A stretch of 62,639 nucleotides of DNA, the filler included. It is 8 parts of 8 records of this genome, joined end to end, with 100 filler letters (N's around TTAATTAATTAA, not from the genome) between each part and the next. Parts side by side here need not be neighbours in the genome. Positions count along the whole stretch, not along the records: positions 32,354 to 38,501 come from SRR31156797_22246; positions 38,602 to 45,229 come from SRR31156797_22267; positions 45,330 to 51,687 come from SRR31156797_22270; 5 more parts are not named here. One strand, given 5' to 3'. Shown one piece after another: positions 37,616-47,964 of this stretch. Each line of letters starts with the position of its first letter. The stretch's first letter is position 1. A program made the position numbers and the translations under genes. The notes beneath the pieces are model-generated. The model made no database searches and was not told the origin of the DNA. It saw only the letters and a list, made by a program, of their open reading frames with translations.

Positions 37616-37903
37616 ATGGAAATATCTGAATTCCAGAAACGAATGTACGACCTCTACGCCCACAACGACAGGAGGAGAGGTGCACCAGCCACCACCCTCT
37701 GGCTTGTTGAGGAGATCGGCGAACTTGCAGAGGCCATCCGCAGGGAGGACATGGATAACATCAGGGAGGAGCTTGCAGACTGTTTTGCATGGATAGCTGC
37801 ACTGGCAAACCTCTATGACATCGACCTGGAGGCTGCTTTTCTGGAAAAGTATCCTGACATGTGCCCCACTTGCAAGAAGAATCCGTGCATCTGTACGGAT
37901 TGA
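37616..37903 (+). CDS. MazG-like nucleotide pyrophosphohydrolase
   Basis: LVEEIGELAEA, EELAD, C-terminal CPTC...PC.C. Confidence 0.85.
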   Translation: MEISEFQKRMYDLYAHNDRRRGAPATTLWLVEEIGELAEAIRREDMDNIREELADCFAWIAALANLYDIDLEAAFLEKYPDMCPTCKKNPCICTD

Positions 37904-38018
37904 TATTTGAGAAACAAAAAGTTAGATATCACGTGCACTTTTATTACTAACTTTTTGCACATACAAATTAATTAATAATGTATAAATAATATCCCTGCCT
38001 CTATTTACCGGGGATATA

Positions 38019-38501
38019 ATGATACAGAAACGTTCAGTTTGTTCTTTCCTCATTTTGCTGATCATCCTGTTCTCGGCAGCGTCCAGCGGATGCCTGCGTG
38101 AGTTCGCAGAACCGGATGCACAATTGGGGATAAGGGACATTGAGATGTCAGCAGATAGTGTCAAAAGCACCTATGTCTGGCTCAATGTGACAACATATGT
38201 AGAGAACTGGGGGGCCAACAGTGATGGCAATGCAACGGTCATGCTGAAGGCCTTCAGCGAACAGACCGGATTGCTTGAACTGAAGCAGGAAGCAGATGTC
38301 GGTCCAATTGATGAAGGTGAGACTAAGGCAGTAAGCCAGATGATGCGTCTTCCCAGAAGCGGTAGTTATCGCATAAGTGCCACCATCGTCAGCGATGGCG
38401 AGATGGGCTATGACCTCTGGATGACACTTTCAGGACTTGAGAGACTTCCAACTGACCAGCAGGAAACAGGTATCCAGATAAAGGGTATTGATTTCATAGC
38501 A
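38019..38501 (+). CDS. archaeal secreted/lipoprotein-like surface protein, 3' truncated
   Basis: Hydrophobic leader ending SGC; beta-rich body. Confidence 0.6.
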
Positions 38502-38601
38502 NNNNNNNNNNNNNNNNNNNNNNNNNNNNNNNNNNNNNNNNNNNNTTAATTAATTAANNNNNNNNNNNNNNNNNNNNNNNNNNNNNNNNNNNNNNNNNNN
38601 N
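38502..38601. other. artificial contig spacer
   Basis: N44-TTAATTAATTAA-N44. Confidence 0.98.
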
Positions 38602-38719
38602 CTCGGGGGCTGCCATTATCATGGTGGCCGGCATTGTATTCCTAATCACCCTGGGGCTTGAAAAACTCTGGGGCTTTATACCCAGAACGGTTCAGTATGC
38701 CGGAGAATTAAAAAGGTGA
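38602..38719 (+). CDS. C-terminal fragment of a probable metal ABC permease (ZnuB-like)
   Basis: SGAAIIMVAGIVFLITL...; directly upstream of a Fur/Zur gene. Confidence 0.5.
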
Positions 38720-38723
38720 TATC

Positions 38724-39161
38724 ATGTGTATCCACTGTGATTACAGAGAATTGCTTGAAGATGCGGGTGTGGCTTCCAGTCCCAACCGATTGCGGGTACT
38801 GGAAATCATTGGCGATAATAATTTCCCTTTGTCTGCGGCAGATATCCACGAAATCCTGGAAAGATCCGGCCACATCAACCGGGTAACCGTATACCGCATT
38901 CTGGATTTGCTGGTTGAAAAACAGATCGTGGACCGGATCTCAACCGGTGGCCGGGCTGCTTACTACGGTATGGCCCCCAATGCCCAGCATCCTGCCCATC
39001 CCCATTTTTACTGCACCCGGTGCGGGCGTATGGACTGCTTGACACCTGACACCGTGAATATTGATTTCAACGCCTTTGAGCATACCTTTCCGGGCCGTAT
39101 CGATAAGTTTGAGTTGCGTATAGACGGCATCTGCAGAAACTGCCTTAAAAAAAAGAAGTAA
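38724..39161 (+). CDS. Fur-family regulator (Zur-like)
   Basis: TVYRILDLL, HPHFYCTRCG, GICRNC. Confidence 0.9.
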   Translation: MCIHCDYRELLEDAGVASSPNRLRVLEIIGDNNFPLSAADIHEILERSGHINRVTVYRILDLLVEKQIVDRISTGGRAAYYGMAPNAQHPAHPHFYCTRCGRMDCLTPDTVNIDFNAFEHTFPGRIDKFELRIDGICRNCLKKKK

Positions 39162-39185
39162 GATGCCCCGGGGATTACACCGGGA

Positions 39186-40424
39186 TCACGTCGATTCATT
39201 CAATTTTATTTCCTGGGGGAATACCGGTAGGTATCGGTATGCAACCGAGATCAGGATGATGCCGTAAGCCACGGGGAGCAGCGTCGTGGCCACTTCCTGC
39301 CAGCTTGGTACGTATAACGCCCAGGTGTCAAAACTCATCACCGGGGCGGCCATTGTCTGGAGCACCATGACCCAGCGGTTCAGGCAGATGCCGATTACGC
39401 CCAGAATCAGGGCGGACAGGCGTGTTGCCTGATTTTCACGTGTGGGTCTGTATACCAGAAGAAGCCCCGGGATAATTCCGCCAAAAACGATTTCAGCAAT
39501 TAAGATCCAATAGCCGTAAAAACTGTTGTTTGTATAAAAACGGCTGAACTCAAATCCGAGTCCGGGGGCGGTTACCGCTGCCCAGTAGACGGTGTCAATG
39601 ATCTTGGCAACTATATATGACGTGATCATCCAGCCCGAAATTTTTGCCAGAAGGTGAACCGTTTGGTCACTGATCAGTTTTTTACGGGTAATGGTTTCGG
39701 TGATACTTGTCAGCAGTAATGTAAAGCACGGTCCGAACGCCGCTGCCGACCAGGTGTATAAAAAGAAGGTCCAGGGCCAGATCAGCAGGCCTTCCCGCAG
39801 GGCAAACGGGCGGCCGAACATAACACCGGAAACCCCGCCAAGGGACCCCTGGTGAAAAAAGGAGAGAAATGCACCTGTTGCGGCAAAGACAGGCATGACA
39901 ACGTGCATGTTGTGGCTCAGGTGACTGAAAAAAGATATTTTGGCAGCTTGCCTGTTTTCCAGAATATTGGGGATGAATTCAATGGTCAGCACCATAAAAT
40001 AAGCTGTCAGGCAAAAGGCCACTTCCGTCAGCATGGAGTGGATGTTGGCATGCCAGTAAATGAACCAGAAACGCAATGGTTGCCCCACGTCAATGGCAAG
40101 GATCACGAGGGCGGAACTATAACAGACAAACCCGATGATCACGGCAAAATTAATTATATCCTTAAGCTCTTTAACCTTAAAAATATACTTGAGCAGTCCT
40201 GTGAAAAACGCGCCTCCGCCAACTGCGATGACTGCCAGGTCTGCCCAGATCCAGAGGGCGAATCCATAGTAATCATTCATATTGGTCTGATTCAACCCCT
40301 TCCAGTAAATCAGTACCCAGGCATAAAGTCCCCAAACAAGAACAGCTCCCACAACGGCTAATCTGAAATAGAATTTTCCCATGGCGCAGCGTTTTGTTCC
40401 TTTGGGCAAGAGTCCGGAATCCAT
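39186..40424 (-). CDS. qrcD: NrfD/PsrC-family membrane subunit, QrcD-like
   Basis: WIWADLAVIAVGGGAF, DVGQPLRFW, SMLTEVAFC, SFFHQGSLGG, YVPSWQE. Confidence 0.75.
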   Translation of the reverse strand: MDSGLLPKGTKRCAMGKFYFRLAVVGAVLVWGLYAWVLIYWKGLNQTNMNDYYGFALWIWADLAVIAVGGGAFFTGLLKYIFKVKELKDIINFAVIIGFVCYSSALVILAIDVGQPLRFWFIYWHANIHSMLTEVAFCLTAYFMVLTIEFIPNILENRQAAKISFFSHLSHNMHVVMPVFAATGAFLSFFHQGSLGGVSGVMFGRPFALREGLLIWPWTFFLYTWSAAAFGPCFTLLLTSITETITRKKLISDQTVHLLAKISGWMITSYIVAKIIDTVYWAAVTAPGLGFEFSRFYTNNSFYGYWILIAEIVFGGIIPGLLLVYRPTRENQATRLSALILGVIGICLNRWVMVLQTMAAPVMSFDTWALYVPSWQEVATTLLPVAYGIILISVAYRYLPVFPQEIKLNEST

Positions 40425-40509
40425 GTGTTAATCTCCTTGACAACCATTTCAAAAATAAATAATCAAGTTTTTAGGGGCTATATCACATGGAACTAAAGAT
40501 TAACTAAAT

Positions 40510-43500
40510 TCAGCTTTTCTTCCGGATAAGCGTTTTATACAGCGCCGTGACATTGGGGCTTACCGGGCAATCCATATCCTGTGCGGCATTCCTGTAAGTT
40601 TTATATGTCTGTTGCACCTGGGTAAAATTGCCTTGCTCTGAATGGAAAACCATGATTTTTTTTGTTGCGGTTTCATTAAAAGAATCAATGCTGAATATTT
40701 TCCCGTTGCAGTGATGGGCATTTTCCATGTCGCCTTGTTTTTCGTAAATATCAGCCATCTCTTTGAGCATTATCAGAAAATCCGAATTAAATTTATCTCT
40801 TATGTGGTTGCACCACTCCTCATATTGATCTTCTTCCAGAAATGATCCCACATAAAAGGATAGGGCCAAACGGTACGAATCAAGCGCCTTTTCCGGGTTG
40901 TCCCTGTCGGCCCTTGCCAGGATGAGCGTATTTGAAAACTGTTCTGAATCAATTTGGACCCTGTTGTCATGATGCAGCCTGTACGTGTCTTTTTTACGTT
41001 CAATATATGTGGAGGCTCTTTTGGGGGGAATCCCGGGTTCCAGGGTTTTGCGAAGGGCGCTCATGGCCATGTGAAAGCGGCCGGCTGTTTTTTTCGGGTC
41101 AGCCTCGGGCCACAGCATCTCGATCAATACTTCCCGGGGAATAAAACCTTTGGTCCGGTTGGCGGCAAGATACTTGAAAATCATGAGCGCCTTTGAACTG
41201 GTCCAGCTGGCCTGTGGGATCTCTTTGCCATCAATCATCAGCTTGAACCGGCCAAGCAATTTGATTCTCAAGGCCGGACGCTTTTTTGTCATATCTGTTT
41301 TAATAATGGATCCCAGGTAGGCATCCGCTTTTTTGTTCAATATTATCTGTTTTGAATAACCGGACTGCAAAAGAGAGTTGATCCACAGGGCTTCTTTTTC
41401 AACAAACCGGTGGTAGCCTCTTTTTTCAGATAACGCCAAACCTTGTGACAGGAACCTGTACGCCTTTTGCAACCGACCCAATTTAAAACAGGCTTGTGCC
41501 GCCATCAGATGGTTGCTGAACAGATAGAACTCCACGCCTTCAAATTTTTCTTTTGCACGTTCAAGCCAGTCCAGGGCGTTTGGGTAATTTCCCTCAAGGA
41601 TATACAACCGGGCAAGACTGTTTTCCAACAGGCCTTCAGTGGACACCAGTCCGTAACCCTTGATGGTGTCCATGGCTTTTTCCAGTCTTTGCCGGGCTGA
41701 CTGCATATCCCCCTGGGCCAAATCTATTTTATGCCGCATATCCCAGGCGTGGGCAAGGCCCCAGCGATTTCCCATGTCCTCGAATATCTCGACACAGTTC
41801 TGGGTCAGTTCAAGGGCCTGGTCCGTTTTTTCAAGGGCAAGAGCGTTGTTGGCCCACATGAAATAGATCCATCCCCGGGTGCTGTCAAACAAAGAGGTTT
41901 GATCACAAATCGCAATGGCCTTTTTTCCATATTCCATTCCCTTTTCATATTCTCCCCGCATAAAACAGTGGGCGCTGAACTGGTAATTCAGCAGGGGTAA
42001 AAACGGATCAGCACCAATATCGAGAACCTTTTTCATTATTTTTCGGCTAAGCTGATAGGCCTGGTTAAATCTGCCTTTAATAAATAATGTGTATGTATAG
42101 GTAATATTAACGGATATTTCAGCTATCTTAAATTTAAAACCGGAAAGCCCCCGGTAAATTTTCCGTCCGGTCTTATGGTAGTGCTCCGTGGTTTCAAATT
42201 CGCATAAAACCGAGGAGAGCAGTATCAGGTAGGTCAGTGCGGTAATGTGGTTAAAGGAACCTTCCCGGACTTCTCCAACCACCTGTTCCATAAGCAGTTT
42301 GGCTTCTTTAATATACCCGGTGGAATAGTATTGGGTGCCCAGCTCCAGCAGGCATTTGGTCATCCTGTCTCCGGATTTTTGTTTTTTAAACAGCAGGTGA
42401 GCCCGGGTAAGGTTCTCCATGGCCTGCTGGGGCTTCCCGTAATGGGAAAAAAGCCTGGCCTGGGCCAGCAGTGATTCGGGATTCTCTTCAATAACGGATC
42501 GGGGTAGTTTATTTAAGCATTGGCCCAGGAAGTTAACTTTTCCTTCCAGTAAAAATTTCTTTTCATGGGTTCCGATGAGGCGAACGGCGTCATCAAAAGC
42601 CTGGCCTTCTAAAAAGTGGTGGATGGCCTGAAAGAGATCTTCTGTTTCGAGTTCCTGGGCAATTCGGCGGTGCAATTGATTGATTTCAGGCCTGGAAAAC
42701 GTTTGATTAAGCTGGCCAATTAAAAAATCCCGGAAAAGATGATGCAGGTGAAAACAAGACCTTGAGTCATCCGTGGGAAAAATCATTAAATGGTCGTCAA
42801 CCATTTTATTGATAATGGCGGCGGCATTATCTTCATGGAATATTTTGCTGCAGCGGTTTACGTTGATCTCGGCAAGAAGGGCTGCTTTCATCATAAATGT
42901 TCTGAAATGAGGCGGCTGCAGATCAAATATATTTTCTTTGAAATATGAAAATATATGCCCCGGGTGTTGCACGAATGCGTCGATTGCGGCCTTGATCTCT
43001 CCAGGCGCTTTTTTCTCCAGTGAATAGCGAAGCAGCACCAGGCCTGCTGCCCACCCCCCTGTGCCGGCAAAGATATCCTTTGCCGACGTTGGGGTGGGCA
43101 ATTTGTGATCTGAGAAAAAAAGTTCGATCTCCCCGGGCGTAAAAGCCAGATCCGCTTCATCGATTTCAAGAAGCATTCCTTCCGCCCGCAGTTTTGACAA
43201 ACCAAACACCGGGTTTTTCCGGCCGATCAGGATCAGGTGAATATGATCCGGCAGGCGGTCGACAATGAATTGTATTGCTTGATTGATGGCAAGGCTCTCT
43301 CCAACCAGGTGATAGTCATCCAGTACGATAACAGTGGGCTGTGTTACCGTATTTTCAAGAAAGGCGAGCCATTCCAGGAGGGTCTCTGTGTGTTTTGTCA
43401 GCCCGGTTTTTGAAACCGTATGCCGGATATCCATTTCACCAGCACCGGAACCGTGCTGTTTAAGGGCCGCATACAGATAGGCAACAAACACGGCAAAATC

Positions 43501-43710
43501 CTTATCCTGTTCATCCAGCCGATACCAGATGGCGGCAAGGTCCATTTGGCTGAGCGCGTCTGCCGCCAGGGTTGTTTTGCCATATCCGGCACCGGCACTG
43601 ATGGATGCCAATCTGGCCGTGCTGATTTTACTCAAAGACCGGACCAGCCGCTTCCTGGAAAGCGTGTGATACCGTTTGGGAACCTGGAGTTTTGAATTTA
43701 GGATGTTCAT
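40510..43710 (-). CDS. MalT-like STAND regulator with TPRs and C-terminal wHTH + BTAD domains
   Basis: SKL.VP, AGAGYGKTT, VLDDYH, TGGWAAG, HHLFRDFL; RIKLLGRF, EMLWPE, MSALRKTLEP, Y.G.FLE. Confidence 0.85.
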   Translation of the reverse strand: MNILNSKLQVPKRYHTLSRKRLVRSLSKISTARLASISAGAGYGKTTLAADALSQMDLAAIWYRLDEQDKDFAVFVAYLYAALKQHGSGAGEMDIRHTVSKTGLTKHTETLLEWLAFLENTVTQPTVIVLDDYHLVGESLAINQAIQFIVDRLPDHIHLILIGRKNPVFGLSKLRAEGMLLEIDEADLAFTPGEIELFFSDHKLPTPTSAKDIFAGTGGWAAGLVLLRYSLEKKAPGEIKAAIDAFVQHPGHIFSYFKENIFDLQPPHFRTFMMKAALLAEINVNRCSKIFHEDNAAAIINKMVDDHLMIFPTDDSRSCFHLHHLFRDFLIGQLNQTFSRPEINQLHRRIAQELETEDLFQAIHHFLEGQAFDDAVRLIGTHEKKFLLEGKVNFLGQCLNKLPRSVIEENPESLLAQARLFSHYGKPQQAMENLTRAHLLFKKQKSGDRMTKCLLELGTQYYSTGYIKEAKLLMEQVVGEVREGSFNHITALTYLILLSSVLCEFETTEHYHKTGRKIYRGLSGFKFKIAEISVNITYTYTLFIKGRFNQAYQLSRKIMKKVLDIGADPFLPLLNYQFSAHCFMRGEYEKGMEYGKKAIAICDQTSLFDSTRGWIYFMWANNALALEKTDQALELTQNCVEIFEDMGNRWGLAHAWDMRHKIDLAQGDMQSARQRLEKAMDTIKGYGLVSTEGLLENSLARLYILEGNYPNALDWLERAKEKFEGVEFYLFSNHLMAAQACFKLGRLQKAYRFLSQGLALSEKRGYHRFVEKEALWINSLLQSGYSKQIILNKKADAYLGSIIKTDMTKKRPALRIKLLGRFKLMIDGKEIPQASWTSSKALMIFKYLAANRTKGFIPREVLIEMLWPEADPKKTAGRFHMAMSALRKTLEPGIPPKRASTYIERKKDTYRLHHDNRVQIDSEQFSNTLILARADRDNPEKALDSYRLALSFYVGSFLEEDQYEEWCNHIRDKFNSDFLIMLKEMADIYEKQGDMENAHHCNGKIFSIDSFNETATKKIMVFHSEQGNFTQVQQTYKTYRNAAQDMDCPVSPNVTALYKTLIRKKS

Positions 43711-43980
43711 GGCCCTTCAACCCGAACGTTTGTCGTTGCCTGTTGAAGGGGATACTATAAAAATATGGATCGGATTGCAAGTTGGGTTGTCAGGCCTAGG
43801 TGTTCACCCAGATTTATCCCATCTTCATATCACCACCATCGTTGTCTACCATGATCACGAAAAAGCCGTTGCTGCGGGATCACAGATCATCTCTCCCGGC
43901 AAATTTATGCACAAATCGTATCTCCTGCGACTTTAAATAGAGTGCGTAAAGGATTCGTCTTACGAATCTGATTAAAGCAC

Positions 43981-44033
43981 TTGACAGGATTAATACGATT
44001 GTATTAAGGTTGTGGCTAATACGGATGTATTAG
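43981..44033 (+). promoter_or_regulatory. sigma70 promoter with two tandem palindromic operators
   Basis: TTGACA 43981-43986; TTAATAC-GATT-GTATTAA (43990-44007) and CTAATAC-GGAT-GTATTAG (44016-44033). Confidence 0.75.
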
Positions 44034-44050
44034 TTTGCAAGGAGTTATTT

Positions 44051-44695
44051 ATGCCATTCAATAAAACAGACAGCACCCAGGAAAAATTGTTTAATGCAGG
44101 CGTCAAGGTGTTTGCCGAAAAGGGCTACCGGGACGCCACGGTACGGGAAATTTGCAAGGCTGCCGGATCCGGCAACATCAATTCTATCAATTATTATTTT
44201 GGTTCTAAAGAGAATTTATATCGAACGATCCTGGATGCCATTTTTTCAGAATACGATCGGTTTGATCAGGAAGATTGGGACCAAAAAACACCCGAAGAGC
44301 AACTCAAATCGATGATTTCCAATTACTGCACCATGCTTTACAAGGACAATGCCTTTGCCTCGGATGTCAGCTCTATTTTTATCACAGAAATGACCCGGCC
44401 ATCACCGATGATCAAGGAGTTGGTGGATACTTACAACAGCCCTAGAGTTAAACGGCATCTCAAAATGTTCCGCGCACTTATAGGTGACGGGGCCAATGAT
44501 GATGATGCCCGGGACTGCTTAGTGTCTGTGGCAGGCCAATTACTCTATTACAGTTTTGCCTGGCCCGTTTTTTCCCGCCTATTCCCGGAGTATTCCGCAG
44601 ATAAGCGATACGAACAATGGGCGGAACATGTATATCGGTTTTCAATAGGCGGTATCGAGGAGATAAAAAAACAATTAAAGCAAAAAGAGAGGTAG
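44051..44695 (+). CDS. TetR-family regulator with CecR/DUF1956-type C-terminus
   Basis: VFAEKGYRDATVREICKAA, INYYFGSKENLY, FSIGGI; start ATG 44051 after AAGGAG. Confidence 0.88.
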   Translation: MPFNKTDSTQEKLFNAGVKVFAEKGYRDATVREICKAAGSGNINSINYYFGSKENLYRTILDAIFSEYDRFDQEDWDQKTPEEQLKSMISNYCTMLYKDNAFASDVSSIFITEMTRPSPMIKELVDTYNSPRVKRHLKMFRALIGDGANDDDARDCLVSVAGQLLYYSFAWPVFSRLFPEYSADKRYEQWAEHVYRFSIGGIEEIKKQLKQKER

Positions 44696-44698
44696 GCC

Positions 44699-45229
44699 AT
44701 GGGAATTACACTTGCATATCAGCCGTTAGTACAAAACGCAATTGAGAGATCCGGCTTGGAAGATTTTGGCGGCCACAGTTTTGAAGCCGGCCTAGCCGCC
44801 TTGATCCATTCATTGAATACCGATCTGGACTTGGGGGAAGCCATGGCCGGCCAATTTCAACAAATAATCTGCCAACTGCTCCTGAACCGCCTGGAAGTCA
44901 CCCACTTGTTAAAAGCATATCCCCAAATTCTGGATGAAAAGATTGAGGCACCGATTTTTATTGTGGGGCTTCCCAGAAGTGGCACCACGATTGCTCAAAC
45001 GCTGATGGCATTGGATCCCCAGTCCCGGTATCTGCGAAATTTTGAAACTATGGCAGCGATCTGCCCTCCACCGGGATTGATGCCCCGCACCCCGGATCAC
45101 CGGATCCAGCCCATTCATGAGGCCATGGAAGGTTTATTCAGCCTGGGAGCGGAACTGCGCGGGATCAACGGGATCAACTTCATGGCCCTGGGCACGGCAG
45201 AATGCCAGAACCTCATGGCCCACGAATTT
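44699..45229 (+). CDS. sulfotransferase family protein, 3' truncated
   Basis: GLEDFG, PIFIVGLPRSGTT PAPS-binding loop. Confidence 0.85.
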
Positions 45230-45329
45230 NNNNNNNNNNNNNNNNNNNNNNNNNNNNNNNNNNNNNNNNNNNNTTAATTAATTAANNNNNNNNNNNNNNN
45301 NNNNNNNNNNNNNNNNNNNNNNNNNNNNN
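45230..45329. other. artificial contig spacer
   Basis: N44-TTAATTAATTAA-N44. Confidence 0.98.
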
Positions 45330-45360
45330 TCCGGGCTCTCCGCCCCACCGGAGACGCACC

Positions 45361-45846
45361 ATGATGGGACTGGCAAATATCCTTAAAAGGATAGAGACGG
45401 CGGTTGGCGTAACCTGTCTCGGCGCGATGTTCCTGATCATCTGCCTGAATGTGATCATGCGCTATCTGATGACGGCACCGATCTTCTGGGCCGAAGAAGT
45501 ATCCAATTTCCTTTTCGTCTGGGCCGGTTTCCTCTCCTGTGCCTACGTGCTGGCCGACGACCGGCACATCCGGGTGACCTTGTTTGTCGGGCTGTTGCCG
45601 GCGCGCCTGCGGTTGTGGATTTCGCTTTTCATGAATGCCGTCATGATTGTCGTTTTCGGATCGTTCATCCTGCCAAGCCTGAACGCGCTGAAAAGCATGA
45701 ACGTTACCGCCGCGTTGCAGATTTCCGAGGCTATCCCCTATGCGATTCTGCCGATCGCGATGTTTCTGTGTTTTTCGCACAGCGCCATTCATACGCTGAC
45801 GATCTGCCGGGCCATCGCCTCCGCCAAGCGGGAGTGCGCGCCATGA
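45361..45846 (+). CDS. dctQ: TRAP transporter small permease
   Basis: NVIMRY, WAEEV, HIRV; four TM helices. Confidence 0.88.
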   Translation: MMGLANILKRIETAVGVTCLGAMFLIICLNVIMRYLMTAPIFWAEEVSNFLFVWAGFLSCAYVLADDRHIRVTLFVGLLPARLRLWISLFMNAVMIVVFGSFILPSLNALKSMNVTAALQISEAIPYAILPIAMFLCFSHSAIHTLTICRAIASAKRECAP

Positions 45847-47117
45847 CCCTGGCGCTGTTTGTCGTCCTTTTTTTCGTCTTGTTCGTGCTTGGCATGCCGA
45901 TCGCCTTCGCCATGATCGTCGCCGCATGGGCCTATGCCCTGATCGCCGGCATCGACATCGGCTTTCTGGCGCTCCAGATGTTTACCGGGCTCGATTTTTT
46001 CGTATTGCTGGCCATTCCCCTGTTCGTCCTGACTTCGGAGGTGATGAACAGATCAAGCGTCTCGAGCCGGATTTTTGACTTCGCCAATTCCCTGGTTGGA
46101 TTCATTCCGGGCGGTCTCGGCCACGTCAACGTTCTGACCAGCATCATCTTTTCCGGCATGTCGGGATCGGCGGTCGCCGATGTCGGCGGGATCGGCCGGC
46201 TGTGTTACCGCTCGATGGTCGACGAAGGATATGACCGGCCGTTCAGCGCTGCGGTAACCGCCGGCAGCGCGGTTATCGGCCCGATCATTCCACCGAGCAT
46301 TCCGATGGTGGTTTTTTCCATGGTATCGGGCGTGTCAATCGCCAAGCTCTTCTTCGGCGGGGCGGTTCCGGGATTGATCATCGGGGTCAGCCTGATGGCC
46401 TACATCTACTTTGTCGCCCGCCGCCGGGGATATCCCCGCCATACCAGACAAAATCTGGCTGCCGTCCTGAAGACCCTTATCGACGGCTTCTTTCCCCTGC
46501 TTACGCCGGTCATCCTGTTGGGCGGCATCTATCTGGGTGCGGTCACAATCACCGAAGCGGCCGCCCTGGCGGTCGTCTATGCGCTGCTTTTGGGCGGCGC
46601 CGTCTATCGCATGCTGGGATTTCGCCAGCTCATCGAATGTTTGAAAAGCGTCTTTATCATCTGCGGCAGCATTCTGATCCTGCTGCCGGCGGCGAAGGTC
46701 TTCGGCTTTGTCCTGACCGCCGAAAACGTGCCCGGTCTGTTCTCCGAATACGTTCTCGCCATCTCGGAAAACAAGATCTTCATCCTGATCGCGATCAACC
46801 TGCTGTTCCTGCTTCTGGGATGCGTTTCCGATCCGAACGTCAACATCATGCTTTTCGTGCCGATCGTCATGCCGCTGGCCAATGCCATCGGCATGGATCC
46901 GGTCCATTTCGGCGTCATCGTCGTTTTGAACTGCATGATCGGCCTGGTCACGCCTCCGGTTGGGGCGTTGCTATTCGCGCTATGCGGAATGGAAGACATA
47001 CCGATGGAACAGATGATCCGCCGGATGTGGCCCTTCATTTGGATTCTTTTGGGGCTTTTGGCGGTGATCGCATCCTGCCCTCAGCTCGTTCTTACGCTGC
47101 CAAACCTCCTGTTCTGA
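45843..47117 (+). CDS. dctM: TRAP transporter large permease
   Basis: GMPIAFA, LAIPLF, FSGMSGSAVAD, GPIIPPS, GMDPVHFG, TPPVG; start ATG 45843 overlapping the dctQ stop. Confidence 0.92.
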   Translation: MTLALFVVLFFVLFVLGMPIAFAMIVAAWAYALIAGIDIGFLALQMFTGLDFFVLLAIPLFVLTSEVMNRSSVSSRIFDFANSLVGFIPGGLGHVNVLTSIIFSGMSGSAVADVGGIGRLCYRSMVDEGYDRPFSAAVTAGSAVIGPIIPPSIPMVVFSMVSGVSIAKLFFGGAVPGLIIGVSLMAYIYFVARRRGYPRHTRQNLAAVLKTLIDGFFPLLTPVILLGGIYLGAVTITEAAALAVVYALLLGGAVYRMLGFRQLIECLKSVFIICGSILILLPAAKVFGFVLTAENVPGLFSEYVLAISENKIFILIAINLLFLLLGCVSDPNVNIMLFVPIVMPLANAIGMDPVHFGVIVVLNCMIGLVTPPVGALLFALCGMEDIPMEQMIRRMWPFIWILLGLLAVIASCPQLVLTLPNLLF

Positions 47118-47136
47118 CCGTCCGAAGGAAATTGCA

Positions 47137-47961
47137 ATGCCGACCGCCGGAAACTGGATCAAGACCGCACTTGCACAAGGCAAGGCCACAAGCGGCGTTA
47201 TGGTTTCGGAACTGAAAACACCGTTGCTGGGTGCCATCCTCGACGCCGCAAATCTCGACTTTGCGATCATCGATCAGGAACACGGGGCGTACGGTCCGAA
47301 CGACCTTGCCGCTTTGATCGCGGGCTTTCGCGGAGGACGATGCCTGCCGATGGTCCGCGTCGCCGAAACCCGGCGCGAATATTTCCTGACCCCTCTCGAA
47401 CTGGGCGTCGCCGGAATTCTGGTGCCGCGCGTCGAAAGCCGGACCCAGGCAGAGGATATCGTTCGGTTCGTGCGTTATCCGCCCATCGGCGATCGAGGGG
47501 TCAGTCTGTGCCGCGCCCATACCGGGTTCCGCCGGGTCGAAAAGGACGAATACCTGGCCCGCACGAACGAAGAAATCCTGCTGATGGTCCAGATCGAAAC
47601 ACGGCCGGCGCTCGATCAACTGGATGAAATCCTGTCGACGCCCGGCATCGACCTCGCCTTCATCGGGCCGTCCGATCTGGCAACGTCGTGCGGGATCAAT
47701 GGTTCGCTGCGCTCGCCCGAAATGGGCGCCGTCGTCCGACAAATCATCGGTGCGGCAAAGCGGCACGGCGTCGCGGTCGGAATCCATACATACGACCTGG
47801 AAATCGCCGCCCAGCTGTTTGCCGAAGGCGTCGGGTTTATCTCGTTCAATACCGATGTGAATGCGTTGCTAACCAGCCTCGGTTCAAGCGTCGACGAATT
47901 CCACGCCCTAATTGGCGCCGATTTCGCCGCACCCGCAATCCTGGACCAGCGGCGGACCTAA
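47137..47961 (+). CDS. HpcH/HpaI class II aldolase
   Basis: IDQEHG, RYPPIGDRG, VQIET, FIGPSDL. Confidence 0.88.
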   Translation: MPTAGNWIKTALAQGKATSGVMVSELKTPLLGAILDAANLDFAIIDQEHGAYGPNDLAALIAGFRGGRCLPMVRVAETRREYFLTPLELGVAGILVPRVESRTQAEDIVRFVRYPPIGDRGVSLCRAHTGFRRVEKDEYLARTNEEILLMVQIETRPALDQLDEILSTPGIDLAFIGPSDLATSCGINGSLRSPEMGAVVRQIIGAAKRHGVAVGIHTYDLEIAAQLFAEGVGFISFNTDVNALLTSLGSSVDEFHALIGADFAAPAILDQRRT

Positions 47962-47964
47962 CCG

